A stretch of DNA of 60,462 bases, filler included. It is 6 parts of 6 records of this genome, joined end to end, with 100 filler letters (N's around TTAATTAATTAA, not from the genome) between each part and the next. Parts side by side here need not be neighbours in the genome. Positions count along the whole stretch, not along the records: positions 1 to 12,012 come from SRR31156797_16107; 5 more parts are not named here. One strand, 5' to 3'. A program made the position numbers and the translations under genes. Within the stretch, counting starts at the first letter, position 1. Every line of letters begins with the position of its first letter. The notes beneath the pieces were generated by a model. The model searched no databases, was not told the origin of the DNA, and was given only the letters and a program-made list of their open reading frames with translations. Shown here in pieces: positions 1 to 10,908 of this stretch.

Positions 1-807
<807 letters not shown>

Positions 808-1275
808 TCACGAAAGTTCTTTGAACAGACTCACCATTTCAACCGCTGCCATTGCCGATTCAAACCCCTTGTTTCCGGCTTTTGTGCCGGCACGTTCGAT
901 GGCTTGCTCAATATTGTCCGTGGTCAGGACACCAAAGGAAATGGGAACGCCCGTATCCAGGGACACACTGGCAATTCCCTTGGATACCTCATTGGCCACA
1001 TAGTCGAAATGGGAGGTGGCGCCCCTGATGACGGCGCCCACACAGATGATGGCATCATAATTGCCGCTCACGGCAAGCTTTTTGGCCACCACGGGCATTT
1101 CAAAGGCGCCCGGCACCCAGAGCACCGTGATATCTTCCTTTGCGGCGTCGTGCCGGACCAGGGCATCGATGGCCCCTTCCATTAATTTGCTGGAAATAAA
1201 CTCGTTAAAACGGCTCGCAATAATTGCAAACCGCATCCCCTTTGCGATTAGTTGTCCTTCCATAACGTTGACCAT
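808..1275 (-). CDS. ribH: 6,7-dimethyl-8-ribityllumazine synthase
   Basis: Motifs [40 protein letters not shown]. Start reassigned to ATG 1275, which follows a GGAGG RBS. Confidence 0.96.
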   Translation of the reverse strand: MVNVMEGQLIAKGMRFAIIASRFNEFISSKLMEGAIDALVRHDAAKEDITVLWVPGAFEMPVVAKKLAVSGNYDAIICVGAVIRGATSHFDYVANEVSKGIASVSLDTGVPISFGVLTTDNIEQAIERAGTKAGNKGFESAMAAVEMVSLFKELS

Positions 1276-1290
1276 AAGGTCCTCCTTTTT

Positions 1291-1349
1291 CGGGTAGACA
1301 CGGGGGTCTATCCCTAACATAAGGGGCAGACACGGGGGTCTGCCCCTAC
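1291..1349 (-). repeat. Tandem pair of GTAG-type REP-like palindromes
   Basis: Minus strand reads GTAGGGGCAGACCCCCGTGTCTGCCC (1324-1349) and a degenerate TTAGGGATAGACCCCCGTGTCTACCCG (1291-1317). The GTAG overlaps the ribBA stop. Confidence 0.7.
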
Positions 1350-2569
1350 GACGCGATGCCCACCTTATCTAAAAGATGCCCCAGTTTCTGGCATTTGGTT
1401 GACAGGTATCGGATGTTTTCCGGTTTTGGGATACACTCGATGGGAACCCTGCCGGCAACTTTTAGTCCGTAACCCTCAAGACCGACGATTTTTTTAGGAT
1501 TATTGGTAATCAATTTCATTTTTCGGACGCCCAGGGAGACAAGAATCTGTGCGCCGACGCCGTAGTCCCGCAAATCCGCTGCAAACCCAAGTTCCACATT
1601 GGCTTCAACCGTATCGAACCCCTGGTCCTGAAGGGCATAAGCTTTCAGCTTATTGGCCAAACCGATCCCCCGACCCTCCTGTTGAAGATAAAGAATAACG
1701 CCTCTCCCCTCTTCCTGCACCATGCTCATGGCCCGTTTCAACTGTTCGCCGCAATCACAGCGATAGGAACCGAAGACATCTCCCGTGAGGCACCCCGAGT
1801 GGACGCGAACCAGGATGTCCTTATCCGGGGTAATATCCCCTTTCACCAGGGCCATGTGCTCATAATCGTCGATGTCATTGACAAAGGCAATTGCCCGGAA
1901 GTCTCCGTAGGGTGTGCGCAGGTTTGTTTCAGCTCCCCGTTGAACAAAAGATTCCGTCCGCATGCGGTAGGAAATGACATCCGCCACCGAAGCGATCTTG
2001 ATTTGGTGTTCCCGGGCGAATTCCTTCAGGTCCGGAAGCCTGGCCATGGTACCGTCATCCTTCATGATGCCGCAAATCACGGCGGCCGGCTTAAACCCCG
2101 CGAGCCGCGCCAGATCCACGGACCCTTCCGTCTGTCCCGTTCTGAACAGGACCCCCCCCCTTCTGGCACGCAACGGGAAGACAAATCCCGGTTGAATCAA
2201 ATCTTCCGGTACGGCATCATCGGCCACAGCGGTCAAAATGGTGTGGGCCCGGTCAGCGGCCCCCATTCCCGAACGCATCCCTTTGGCAGCGGCGATGGAA
2301 ACCGTAAAGGCCGTCTTGTAGGGTGAACGGTTGTCCTGAACCATCTGTTTGAGGCCCAGTTTTTCCACGATAGGAGGATCCAGCGCCAGACAGATCAGAC
2401 CACGGCCGTATCGGGACATGAAATTAATGGCTTCCGGTGTGATCTTTTCAGCCGCAATGGTCAGGTCCCCTTCATTTTCTCGATCCTCGTCGTCCACAAG
2501 GATAATCATTTTTCCCTGCTTCAAATCTTCGATAGCTTCTTCAATTGTACTGATGTCCATTTTATCCAT
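1346..2569 (-). CDS. ribBA: Bifunctional DHBP synthase / GTP cyclohydrolase II (RibB domain carries non-consensus catalytic residues)
   Basis: [10 protein letters not shown] in the N-terminal domain; [19 protein letters not shown] and TNNPKK in the C-terminal domain. Confidence 0.93.
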   Translation of the reverse strand: MDKMDISTIEEAIEDLKQGKMIILVDDEDRENEGDLTIAAEKITPEAINFMSRYGRGLICLALDPPIVEKLGLKQMVQDNRSPYKTAFTVSIAAAKGMRSGMGAADRAHTILTAVADDAVPEDLIQPGFVFPLRARRGGVLFRTGQTEGSVDLARLAGFKPAAVICGIMKDDGTMARLPDLKEFAREHQIKIASVADVISYRMRTESFVQRGAETNLRTPYGDFRAIAFVNDIDDYEHMALVKGDITPDKDILVRVHSGCLTGDVFGSYRCDCGEQLKRAMSMVQEEGRGVILYLQQEGRGIGLANKLKAYALQDQGFDTVEANVELGFAADLRDYGVGAQILVSLGVRKMKLITNNPKKIVGLEGYGLKVAGRVPIECIPKPENIRYLSTKCQKLGHLLDKVGIAS

Positions 2570-3242
2570 TCCCTATTTTAGAGGGGCCAAATCCGTATTT
2601 TAAAAGGGTCTCATGGGAAATTCCCGAAGACTTGCCGTCTTCAGGCTCCGATGGCCGGCTGATGAGCAGTTTCTCCACGTATTTTCCGATTAGATCTGTT
2701 TCCACGTTGACCGGGTCGCCGACATTTTTTCTCAATAATGTTGTTTGCCCTCCCGTGTGGGGGATGATATTTACCTCAAAAAACGTTTTTTCACAAGCAT
2801 TAATGGTCAAGCTGATGCCGTCAACCGCAATGGAGCCTTTTTCAATGATATAACGCGACAGGGCTTCATGGATCTCGATTTTTAAGGCCCAGGAATTATT
2901 TCGCATCTCTTTTTTAAGAATCTTCCCCATGTCGTCCACATGCCCCAGCACCAGATGTCCGCCAAGGCGATCCGAAAGACGCAACGCCCGCTCCAGGTTG
3001 ACGAGATCACCCTGCTTCAATGAACCCAGGGTGGTTCTTTCAAGCGTCTCACCTGAAACATCCATGTAAAGAGTATCCCCTTCCATTTGGGAAACGGTCA
3101 GGCATGCGCCGCTGACCGAAACACTATCGCCCAGTCTGCATTCGCTCATTTCAAATAACGGTGAGACGGAGACCTGCATATGATCCCGCATGCGACGTAT
3201 CCCCTTTATCCTGCCCAACCCCTCGGCAAGTCCTGTAAACAT
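2562..3242 (-). CDS. ribE: Riboflavin synthase
   Basis: MFTGL N-terminus, [35 protein letters not shown]. Confidence 0.95.
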   Translation of the reverse strand: MFTGLAEGLGRIKGIRRMRDHMQVSVSPLFEMSECRLGDSVSVSGACLTVSQMEGDTLYMDVSGETLERTTLGSLKQGDLVNLERALRLSDRLGGHLVLGHVDDMGKILKKEMRNNSWALKIEIHEALSRYIIEKGSIAVDGISLTINACEKTFFEVNIIPHTGGQTTLLRKNVGDPVNVETDLIGKYVEKLLISRPSEPEDGKSSGISHETLLKYGFGPSKIGNG

Positions 3243-3362
3243 CGGTAATCTCCTTGATCAAACCATCCAGCCCATATGATTTAAATTCCCGGTACCCGGA
3301 TTTTGCCACGCCATCCCACAGGCATGGTTAACGTATGCCTCGGAACAACAAGTGTCAAGGTG

Positions 3363-4319
3363 TCAATTCAAGTCGAGAGCGACTTTCAAAACTTCAGAAG
3401 TTGAGACCCCCATAAAGGCCTCTTCCGCATGTTCAATGGGATAAGTTGCCGTTATGAGCCTCTGTAAAGGTATGTCCGGATGGCGCTTCAGCAATGTAAG
3501 TGCGGCTTCAAAGTTGCCGCATCTGGAGCCCACGAGGATTTGCTCGTTCACCACAAGCGGTGACAGATTCATGGTTTCGGCCGTGGAAACCGTTGACTTA
3601 AGGATGATGGTTCCCCGGGGTCGGCACAAAGCCGCGGCCTGGGAGAGCCCATTGCCTGCACCTGTGGCTTCCACCACGACATCGGCACCGTACAAGGATT
3701 CCGAAACACCATTGATTTTTTTAATATCACGCCAGCTTGCCGCATCCAATTTATGGGGATGATGTCCCACCAGCGTCACATGGGAAACAACGGTACCGAG
3801 TACCCAGGCGCAAAGTATCCCCAACGGTCCATCGCCCAAAACCACCACCCGCTCGTATCCCGCTAATGGGATCTGGTCCAGTATCCGGCAGGCGGCGGAG
3901 AGCGGTTCAATTAATACGGCCTGTTCCTTTGAAAGGGAAGATGGCACCCTGATCAAATTGGAGATGGGCAGGATGCAATAATCCGCCATGCAGCCGTTCA
4001 AGCCGTGAATACCCAGCACTTGTCTACGGGCACAATGTGGTCTGAGCCCTCTTTTGCACCACTCACAGCTGCCGCATGAAACGTTAATGTTGCCCACAAC
4101 CCGACGTCCGACCCATTCCGGAGATCCGCATTGATCCACAACCCCCACAAATTCATGCCCCAGGACCCCTTTGAACTGCCGGTATCCTTTTAAAATTTCC
4201 ACATCCGTGCCGCATATTCCCGCAAATTGCACCCGGATCCGCGCCCAGTCTTTTGGAATTTCAGGGATGGGAATGTTTCGTAAAAACCGCACTCTGCCGT
4301 CAAAAACCACGGCCCGCAT
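3363..4319 (-). CDS. Zn-dependent alcohol dehydrogenase (MDR family)
   Basis: GICGTD, GHE, structural Zn motif CGSCEWC-x7-C and a GDGPLG nucleotide-binding loop. Probable start MRAVVF. Confidence 0.85.
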   Translation of the reverse strand: MRAVVFDGRVRFLRNIPIPEIPKDWARIRVQFAGICGTDVEILKGYRQFKGVLGHEFVGVVDQCGSPEWVGRRVVGNINVSCGSCEWCKRGLRPHCARRQVLGIHGLNGCMADYCILPISNLIRVPSSLSKEQAVLIEPLSAACRILDQIPLAGYERVVVLGDGPLGILCAWVLGTVVSHVTLVGHHPHKLDAASWRDIKKINGVSESLYGADVVVEATGAGNGLSQAAALCRPRGTIILKSTVSTAETMNLSPLVVNEQILVGSRCGNFEAALTLLKRHPDIPLQRLITATYPIEHAEEAFMGVSTSEVLKVALDLN

Positions 4320-4361
4320 GAATTGGGAGCTTGAACCCTTGTTGTTGATCACGGCAAATAT

Positions 4362-5300
4362 TCACCCTTTAAGCGCTTCTCCCCTGACCCTGTTTCGCCC
4401 GGCGTTCTTGGCCCGATAAAGGGCTTTATCCGCTTGATCGATGATCACTTCATGGGACATTTTCCGGTTTTGTGTTGAAGGAACGAAGCCCACTACACCG
4501 AAACTGGCGGTGACGCGTATTTCTATCCCATCGTATGAGGAGACATTTTCAGAGACGATCCTGCGGAGTCTTTCCGCAGACGACATGGCGCGTTCATAAT
4601 CCGTTTCGGGCAAAACCATCAGAAACTCTTCCCCGCCGTAGCGTGATATCCAGTCAACACCCTTTCTTAACCCCTTCCTGATGGATGCGGCAAAATTCTT
4701 GAGGACCAGATCTCCCGCCAGGTGACCATAAGTATCATTGACGCGTTTGAAATGGTCTATGTCCGCCATTACCAGTGACAAGGGCCGGGAGTAGCGTTTG
4801 GCGCGGATGACTTCCTTGGCAAGGTATTCGTCCATATAGGTCCGATTATAACACCCCGTGAGCTTATCGGTAATGGAGAGAATCCTGATTTTTTCATATG
4901 CGTCTTTCAGCGATTTTTCCAGCTCCAGAACACGGAAGGCGGTTTTTAGCCGGGCAATCAGTTCTGAACGGTCAAAAGGTTTTGTCAGGTAATCATCCGC
5001 GCCGGCTTCCAGACCTACGATGATATCTTTTTTGGAATCCCTGGCGGTAATCAGGAAGATAAACACATACCCTTCGGCAGGGCTTTCCCTGATGGCCCGG
5101 CACAATTCAAGGCCGTCCATTTCAGGCATTCCCCAATCCGTTAGAATGATTGGGAAGAATCGTTCCTTGAAAACCTTCAAGGCCTCCAGGCCGTTCTCAA
5201 CGGATACCACCTCATAGCCCGCCTGACGCAACGTCATCTCCATCAGTTTTCGAGAAACGGGGTTGTCTTCGGCAATGAGAATGGGAAAAATATTTTTCAA
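4362..5300 (-). CDS. Response regulator diguanylate cyclase (REC + GGDEF)
   Basis: REC domain (AEDN, TDWGMP, YLTKPF) and GGDEF domain (DIDHFKRVND, RYGGEEF). Confidence 0.92.
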   Translation of the reverse strand: MKNIFPILIAEDNPVSRKLMEMTLRQAGYEVVSVENGLEALKVFKERFFPIILTDWGMPEMDGLELCRAIRESPAEGYVFIFLITARDSKKDIIVGLEAGADDYLTKPFDRSELIARLKTAFRVLELEKSLKDAYEKIRILSITDKLTGCYNRTYMDEYLAKEVIRAKRYSRPLSLVMADIDHFKRVNDTYGHLAGDLVLKNFAASIRKGLRKGVDWISRYGGEEFLMVLPETDYERAMSSAERLRRIVSENVSSYDGIEIRVTASFGVVGFVPSTQNRKMSHEVIIDQADKALYRAKNAGRNRVRGEALKG

Positions 5301-5571
5301 TAATGATATCCCCGGCGACCTGTTTGAAATTCAAAAAAACTTTTACGGATGCTGTAGCATTTACCATAGCTTCAAAATTTTGTTAAGAAGAACTTTACAA
5401 TAAAAAAAAGGGGCCGTTAACAGTTGCGAAAATACAGCAGAAAGGAGCGGCATATAATGCTTCCACGTCAAGAACAGCAATACCTTGACTCCGTCAATGG
5501 GTGACACTATATTCGTATCGGTTCACGTTTCTAAAAACTGAGAACTGAAGGCCGATAACCCGTTACATCAT

Positions 5572-6495
5572 TTGAAATTGGAGCAACACATGCGCGAAAC
5601 ATTTTTACCCATAAAACAGGATATGCCGGGTTTCAATCCGTTTTTCGGTTCCTGGGTCTGTCAGGGCGAACTGAATATGGTGGTGGATGTGGGCCCTGCC
5701 AATACGGCCGGCCGCCTGTTGGACTCATTGGCATCAATGGGGCTTGAGCGGTTGGACTACATATTGCTTTCGCATATCCATATTGATCATGGAGGGGCAC
5801 TGGCCGAGGTCCTGGCCCGTTACCCCAAGGCCAAGGTCATCTGCCACAATAAAGGGATTCCCCATCTGACGGATCCATCAAAATTATATGAAGGGAGCCT
5901 GAAAGTGCTGGGGGATCTGGCGCGGACTTACGGTTCACCGGGTCCCGTTGCCGAAGAGAGGCTGGTGCCCCATACGGAATGTCAAATTGATGGACTGGAA
6001 GTAATCGAAACCCCCGGGCATGCCCTTCACCACCTGAGTTTCACCTATCAAAAAAGACTTTATGCCGGCGAAGCCGCAGGAAATTATTTTATGGTTGGGA
6101 AACGGGAATACTTGCGACCGGCAACGCCTCCCAGGTTTTTCCTGGACGTGTTCATGAAAAGTGTTGATCGCCTTCTGGCCCTTGAGGATCAACCCATCCG
6201 CTATGCCCATGTGGAAGGTGCCCAAAGCGCTCACCGCTTACTGGGGCGGTTCAGGGACCAACTGGTTTTTTGGGAGTCCGTGATCGGTGAATCCGTAGCT
6301 TCAGGGGGGCGGAAAGCAGACATCATCCGGGATTGCGTAGATCAATTGCTGAAAAATGATCCGAACCTTGCGGCGTTTGAAAACATGGACGTCAACACCC
6401 AAAAAAGAGAAAGAACGTTCATGGCAAACGCCGTCAATGGATTTGTGGGTTTTTTTGAAGAGAAATTAAAAGGCGCGAAAGTGCGCGATAACTGA
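5572..6495 (+). CDS. MBL-fold metallo-hydrolase
   Basis: SHIHIDHGG (HxHxDH) and TPGHALHH motifs. Confidence 0.88.
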   Translation: MKLEQHMRETFLPIKQDMPGFNPFFGSWVCQGELNMVVDVGPANTAGRLLDSLASMGLERLDYILLSHIHIDHGGALAEVLARYPKAKVICHNKGIPHLTDPSKLYEGSLKVLGDLARTYGSPGPVAEERLVPHTECQIDGLEVIETPGHALHHLSFTYQKRLYAGEAAGNYFMVGKREYLRPATPPRFFLDVFMKSVDRLLALEDQPIRYAHVEGAQSAHRLLGRFRDQLVFWESVIGESVASGGRKADIIRDCVDQLLKNDPNLAAFENMDVNTQKRERTFMANAVNGFVGFFEEKLKGAKVRDN

Positions 6496-6498
6496 ACC

Positions 6499-7191
6499 AT
6501 GAAAAACAGCGACTTTTTTGAAAAAGCCAATTTTCAGTCTCTCATAGAGGCTGATGGAACCGATCGCATTCAGGACAAGCTGAATGTTATTGATGTGTTT
6601 TTGAACACGGAAGAACACATCACCCTGGAAGAGATGCTGCGTCTTCTTCGGGATAAAGGGTATGATTTCGAGTCGGGTTTTGTCAAACACTGCCTGCATC
6701 GAATGGTGGAGTTGGGATTTGCGCAGCGGGAGCAGTTTGAGGGGCAGCCCATCCGTTATGAACATCGCCATCTGGGCAGGCATCACGATCACATGGTATG
6801 CACCAAGTGCGGAAAAATTGTTGAATTCGCCAACGAACAGATCGAAAGGCTTCAGGTGGAAGTGGCCGCGGGATATGGCTTTCACATGCTTCAGCACCGG
6901 ATGGAAATATACGGCCTTTGCTCGGACTGTGTCTCCAAGCGGAACCCCTTGATGCCGTTGACCATGGCAAAGCCCGGCGAGAGGGTTGTCATAGGGGAAA
7001 TGACCGGATGCCGGCACAAGCAATCCCGATTGGCTTCAATGGGATTGAGATCCGGTGATCACGTTGAAGTCATCAACAATACGGGCGGGGGCAGGGTTAT
7101 TCTGGGGCTTGAAAACACGCGTTTGGCCATCGGCAGGGGGATGGCCAATAAGATCATGGTTTCATTGACGAAAAATACGGCTGAAGCCTGA
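6499..7191 (+). CDS. Fur-family regulator fused to a C-terminal FeoA domain
   Basis: HHDHMVCTKCG and YGLCSDC (Fur), followed by RLASMGLRSGD...RLAIGRGMANKI (FeoA SH3-like). Confidence 0.88.
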   Translation: MKNSDFFEKANFQSLIEADGTDRIQDKLNVIDVFLNTEEHITLEEMLRLLRDKGYDFESGFVKHCLHRMVELGFAQREQFEGQPIRYEHRHLGRHHDHMVCTKCGKIVEFANEQIERLQVEVAAGYGFHMLQHRMEIYGLCSDCVSKRNPLMPLTMAKPGERVVIGEMTGCRHKQSRLASMGLRSGDHVEVINNTGGGRVILGLENTRLAIGRGMANKIMVSLTKNTAEA

Positions 7192-7202
7192 GATCCCATC
7201 TG

Positions 7203-7898
7203 TTACACGGCTTTTTGCAATAGTTCCCTGAGCCTGTCCCGAATGGCCCGGATGCTTTTTTCACCCCAGCTTCGATAATGGTAACGGGCCTTTTTTGCAG
7301 TACTCACCCGATCGGGACAATGTCTCAGGGCCAGTTTTACAATGGCCAATTCATCATCCAGCATGAATCTTCGAAAAACCAGGTTGAAAGGCGGGAGGCA
7401 AAGCTCATTTTTGGAAATGGACGCGGCCCAATCCACAACATACGGCATTCCGTCAGTTCCCAGAAGGGTATTGGGCGCCCTTTTAAGATCGCAGTGGGCC
7501 AATCCCCGCCGGTGAAATGTCTCCACCAGGGTTTCCATGGATTCAAAAAACGTAAGGGGAAGATGCATCTCCTTTTCAAGATTTTCGAGACTCCTGCCCG
7601 GAATCTCCTCAACCGCCAGGGCGAGGCCGTCGATGACGCCGTAAAACTCCGGCACGCCTTTGACGCCACGGAGCTTTCCATAGGCCTTGGCCTCGCGCCA
7701 GATGAGGAAACGACCCACCATATTTCTGAAAAGAAACCGATTACCGCTGAAATCCTTGACCACCGCACGAATGCCGTTTTGTTCAACGATCCAGATGGTG
7801 GGTCTGGTATTGGAGGCTTTTCTCAGAACGCCGCAACTTATTGCCGGCAGATCCTTTAATTTCAACGTATCAAACATTGTAATTGTCATTTTTTTCAT
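7203..7898 (-). CDS. Protein-kinase-like fold protein (RIO1/Kdo-WaaP-like)
   Basis: VVKDF, HCDLKRAPN catalytic loop, VVDW. Confidence 0.65.
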   Translation of the reverse strand: MKKMTITMFDTLKLKDLPAISCGVLRKASNTRPTIWIVEQNGIRAVVKDFSGNRFLFRNMVGRFLIWREAKAYGKLRGVKGVPEFYGVIDGLALAVEEIPGRSLENLEKEMHLPLTFFESMETLVETFHRRGLAHCDLKRAPNTLLGTDGMPYVVDWAASISKNELCLPPFNLVFRRFMLDDELAIVKLALRHCPDRVSTAKKARYHYRSWGEKSIRAIRDRLRELLQKAV

Positions 7899-8042
7899 GA
7901 AAATATTTCAATCAGCCACTATCCGCGGACGTCCTTTTTCCGGCATATTTCCGGAGCGCCTGAAAATTGGCGGCAATCTCGGGAGAGTCTGTTGAGAAAG
8001 AAGGCGGTTCCCAATAAAGAGCCCATAGGTCTCTATCAGGGT

Positions 8043-8486
8043 TCAAGAATCTCCGACCCCATGATTCATCCGGATCAGGTATTCTACGATTCGTTCCACA
8101 AAGTACTCAAAATCGGATAAATCCTTTCTGAAAATCCCATATACCACTTCATTGTCCACTCTTTCATAATAGTGAACCAGCAGATTTCGAAAAGAGGCCA
8201 TATTCTCAAACCTTTCCAGATCACCGGGACGAAGGACGTCGTTTTCCGCCAAAACGGCAAATGTGTCGCGATAACTCGAAGGTTCTCTCATTTTCTCATC
8301 AGAGATAATATGATGGCCCACATCAATACATGCTTCGATTATGACATGTAACGTGCGCTCGACAAAGCGACGGGCCCGCTTGTCCGTTTTGTAGACTTCC
8401 CACGTTATATCGGTCGCATTCTTTAGATCATTCACTTCAGAAGTGATCTCAGACAGGATGCGCTCCAACAATATCCGGTCAACCAT
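8043..8486 (-). CDS. hepT: HEPN (DUF86) ribonuclease toxin, HepT family
   Basis: RX4HXY motif RNLLVHYY; overlaps the upstream MNT gene. Confidence 0.88.
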   Translation of the reverse strand: MVDRILLERILSEITSEVNDLKNATDITWEVYKTDKRARRFVERTLHVIIEACIDVGHHIISDEKMREPSSYRDTFAVLAENDVLRPGDLERFENMASFRNLLVHYYERVDNEVVYGIFRKDLSDFEYFVERIVEYLIRMNHGVGDS

Positions 8487-8886
8487 TTTTGCCACCGTAA
8501 AGGACTTTGCGCACATACCGTCTGTGCAGATTTAAGAAGTCTTCGTAGCTTTTGCGGCCCTGGATTTCAGCCTTTTTGCGCATCTCAGGCGAGCGCTCAA
8601 ATATCAGCTTTCCGGACCGGCGGACCTCGTATTTAAGGATTTCATCGGCACGGTTCAGCGCTACCACATCAACGCGGCAGTCCGTGACCTTTTCAAATTC
8701 AGAAATCAGTGAAGGGATTGAAAACGATTGGAGGTGGGATCTCTCCAGCAAAACGGCAATATCTATATCCCTAGGTTTCTCCTTCTCGCCTTTGGCAAAG
8801 GAACCGAAGATATATGTCGCTGCAATGCCTTTGTGCCGGGCGCAGATTGAAGAAACGGCTTGCTCAATATGCTCTCGTGATTTCAT
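8479..8886 (-). CDS. mntA: Minimal nucleotidyltransferase antitoxin, MntA family
   Basis: GS-x10-DxD motif GSFAKGEKEKPRDID, plus VDVV. Confidence 0.86.
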   Translation of the reverse strand: MKSREHIEQAVSSICARHKGIAATYIFGSFAKGEKEKPRDIDIAVLLERSHLQSFSIPSLISEFEKVTDCRVDVVALNRADEILKYEVRRSGKLIFERSPEMRKKAEIQGRKSYEDFLNLHRRYVRKVLYGGKNG

Positions 8887-8929
8887 TTTGTTACCTGTTG
8901 ACGTCAAGATCCTCTTTTTAACCGTACCG

Positions 8930-9388
8930 TTAGGCATGCGCTCTTTGATTATCATTTCCTCCGCTTGTGTTTGAGGGCGATGTTCCCGGCGAAATTAATT
9001 TCAGCTTGGGAAAATAAGTGCGATACCTGGGAACATCCCGAGTCATCAAAAACATTTCCATGATTGCGGCATGCGCACCGATGAAAAAATCAGGCAATGG
9101 TGATCTTCTTTTTCCCCCTTTCCTGCGGTATTTCAAAAAACACTTCCCAGCAAGAAACCCCGCTTCCCAAGGCAGCTGTGTACGGCGAAAATGGGTCAAC
9201 GGCAGAACCTCTTCAACCTCTTCAATACGCTTAAAGCCGATTGATACTTCGGCAAAAATAATCGGATTGATGACCAGAATATCCGTATCTCCATGGAAAG
9301 CCAATGTTTCGGACGACCACTGGAACCAGTCCGCATTCTCTGTTACGATGTCGAGAATGACATTGCTGTCAACCAGTATTTCCATCAA
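8930..9388 (-). CDS. vapC: PIN-domain toxin, VapC family
   Basis: LVDSNVILD, INPIIFAEV, PLPDFFIGAHA, TRD. Confidence 0.9.
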   Translation of the reverse strand: MMEILVDSNVILDIVTENADWFQWSSETLAFHGDTDILVINPIIFAEVSIGFKRIEEVEEVLPLTHFRRTQLPWEAGFLAGKCFLKYRRKGGKRRSPLPDFFIGAHAAIMEMFLMTRDVPRYRTYFPKLKLISPGTSPSNTSGGNDNQRAHA

Positions 9389-9612
9389 TCCCCCCGGGTC
9401 ATGGCCATAATTTGTTCAGTGCTCATACCGACCGTAGCCTTGCCCCGCATCCTTGAAACAATGAGCCTGCCACGACCGTAATCGTTTTTTACCTTTCTTA
9501 GACGTAACATCTCCCCGTCAATATCAAATTCGACTTCAGTGTTAGGGAGGAAACCCAACCTTTCCCTGAATGCCACCGGGATTGTCACCTGCCCTTTTGA
9601 AGTAATTCGCAT
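9385..9612 (-). CDS. AbrB/MazE-type antitoxin (VapB role)
   Basis: MRITSKGQVTIP after an AGGAGG RBS; overlaps the vapC start. Confidence 0.88.
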   Translation of the reverse strand: MRITSKGQVTIPVAFRERLGFLPNTEVEFDIDGEMLRLRKVKNDYGRGRLIVSRMRGKATVGMSTEQIMAMTRGD

Positions 9613-10024
9613 ATTAAATACCTCCTGGTTTCTATTCTTACATTTCTTATTCCTACCACTTATGCCAAAAAAAATCAATATCAAGATCTCGATCTTACCG
9701 GCTGCCGTCCATTATTGAAAAGGACTTATTCTATTGAATCTGCGAAATCTGCGGATCTAAACGTGTGTCGCAATTCAAGCATGAAATTGATCCTTAATAG
9801 AGGTTGAATGGTTGGTGAAAACATTTTCTAGTGAAAAAATGACAAAACAAGCTTTAAGTCAAGAAAAATCAGCTTTTTTAATAGAAGAGCGTGATGATCA
9901 ATCGGGAATTAAAGGAACTTCGATTCCTTTTGCAATCCCCGCAGAAATACAGTATCTATAACGCTTCTCGGTTAATGAAATCTACACCATTAAAAACAAA
10001 ATTTTACCAAAGGGAGGAAAAAGC

Positions 10025-10849
10025 ATGAAAAAGCTGGGAGTCTTGATTGCGGTACTGTTGACCCTGACGCTGGTATGGGGATGCGAACACACAAAGGGAC
10101 AGGGATCGTCCCAACCGGTATCCGCCCTTGACCGCATTTCACAGAGCGGACAATTGGTGGTGGGAACCGCCGGCAGCATGCCGCCCATGAACATGACCAC
10201 CAAGGGCGGTGAAGTGATCGGCCTTGAACCCGATATGGCCAAGCAGATGGCCGCCGCCATGGGCGTGAAGGCGACCTTTAAAACCATGCCTTTCGCGGAC
10301 CTTCTGCCGGCCCTTGAAGCGGGAAAAGTGGACATGGTCATGTCGAGTATGACCATCACCGGTAGGCGAAACATGAAAGTCGCCTTTGTGGGGCCCTATT
10401 TCATTTCAGGCAAAACCTTTTTGACAACAGAAAAATGGGTTGCCTCCGCCAAACAACCCGAAGAAGTGAACAATCCGGCAACCAAACTGACGGCGCTCCG
10501 GGGTTCCACCAGCCAGCAATTTGTGGAGGGAGCCTTTCCAAAGGCCACCCTGCTACTGGGTAAGGATTATGCTGAATCCATCGCCATGGTACGTCAGGGA
10601 AAGGCCGACGCCATGATCGCGGATTACCCCATCTGTATTCTGTCCGTCATCCGGTACCCCGACAGTAATTTGATTTCCGTTGTGCCGCCTTATACCTATG
10701 AGCCCATCGGCGTTGCCATTCAAAAAGAGGATACCCTGCTGGCCAACTGGCTTGAGAATTTCCTGGGGGCCCTGGCAGGGAGTGGCGATTTGAAAGAATT
10801 GCAGGAGAAATGGTTCAAGGGCGGAGACTGGATCCAAAAGCTTCCCTAA
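10025..10849 (+). CDS. Polar amino-acid ABC transporter substrate-binding lipoprotein (SBP family 3)
   Basis: Lipobox-like VWGC; LLPALEAGKVDMVMSSMTIT, FVGPYF. Confidence 0.88.
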   Translation: MKKLGVLIAVLLTLTLVWGCEHTKGQGSSQPVSALDRISQSGQLVVGTAGSMPPMNMTTKGGEVIGLEPDMAKQMAAAMGVKATFKTMPFADLLPALEAGKVDMVMSSMTITGRRNMKVAFVGPYFISGKTFLTTEKWVASAKQPEEVNNPATKLTALRGSTSQQFVEGAFPKATLLLGKDYAESIAMVRQGKADAMIADYPICILSVIRYPDSNLISVVPPYTYEPIGVAIQKEDTLLANWLENFLGALAGSGDLKELQEKWFKGGDWIQKLP

Positions 10850-10879
10850 TTTCCAACAACAGTCTGAGAACGAAATGCT

Positions 10880-10907
10880 TACGCCCCCGAAAGGGGGCGT
10901 TTTTTTA
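10880..10907 (+). terminator. Intrinsic terminator between convergent genes
   Basis: ACGCCCCC-GAAA-GGGGGCGT followed by a T run. Confidence 0.85.
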
Positions 10908-10908
10908 G

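Noticed and set aside
3243..3362. FMN riboswitch upstream of ribE
   Set aside because: The gap is short and I could not find the conserved FMN aptamer motifs.
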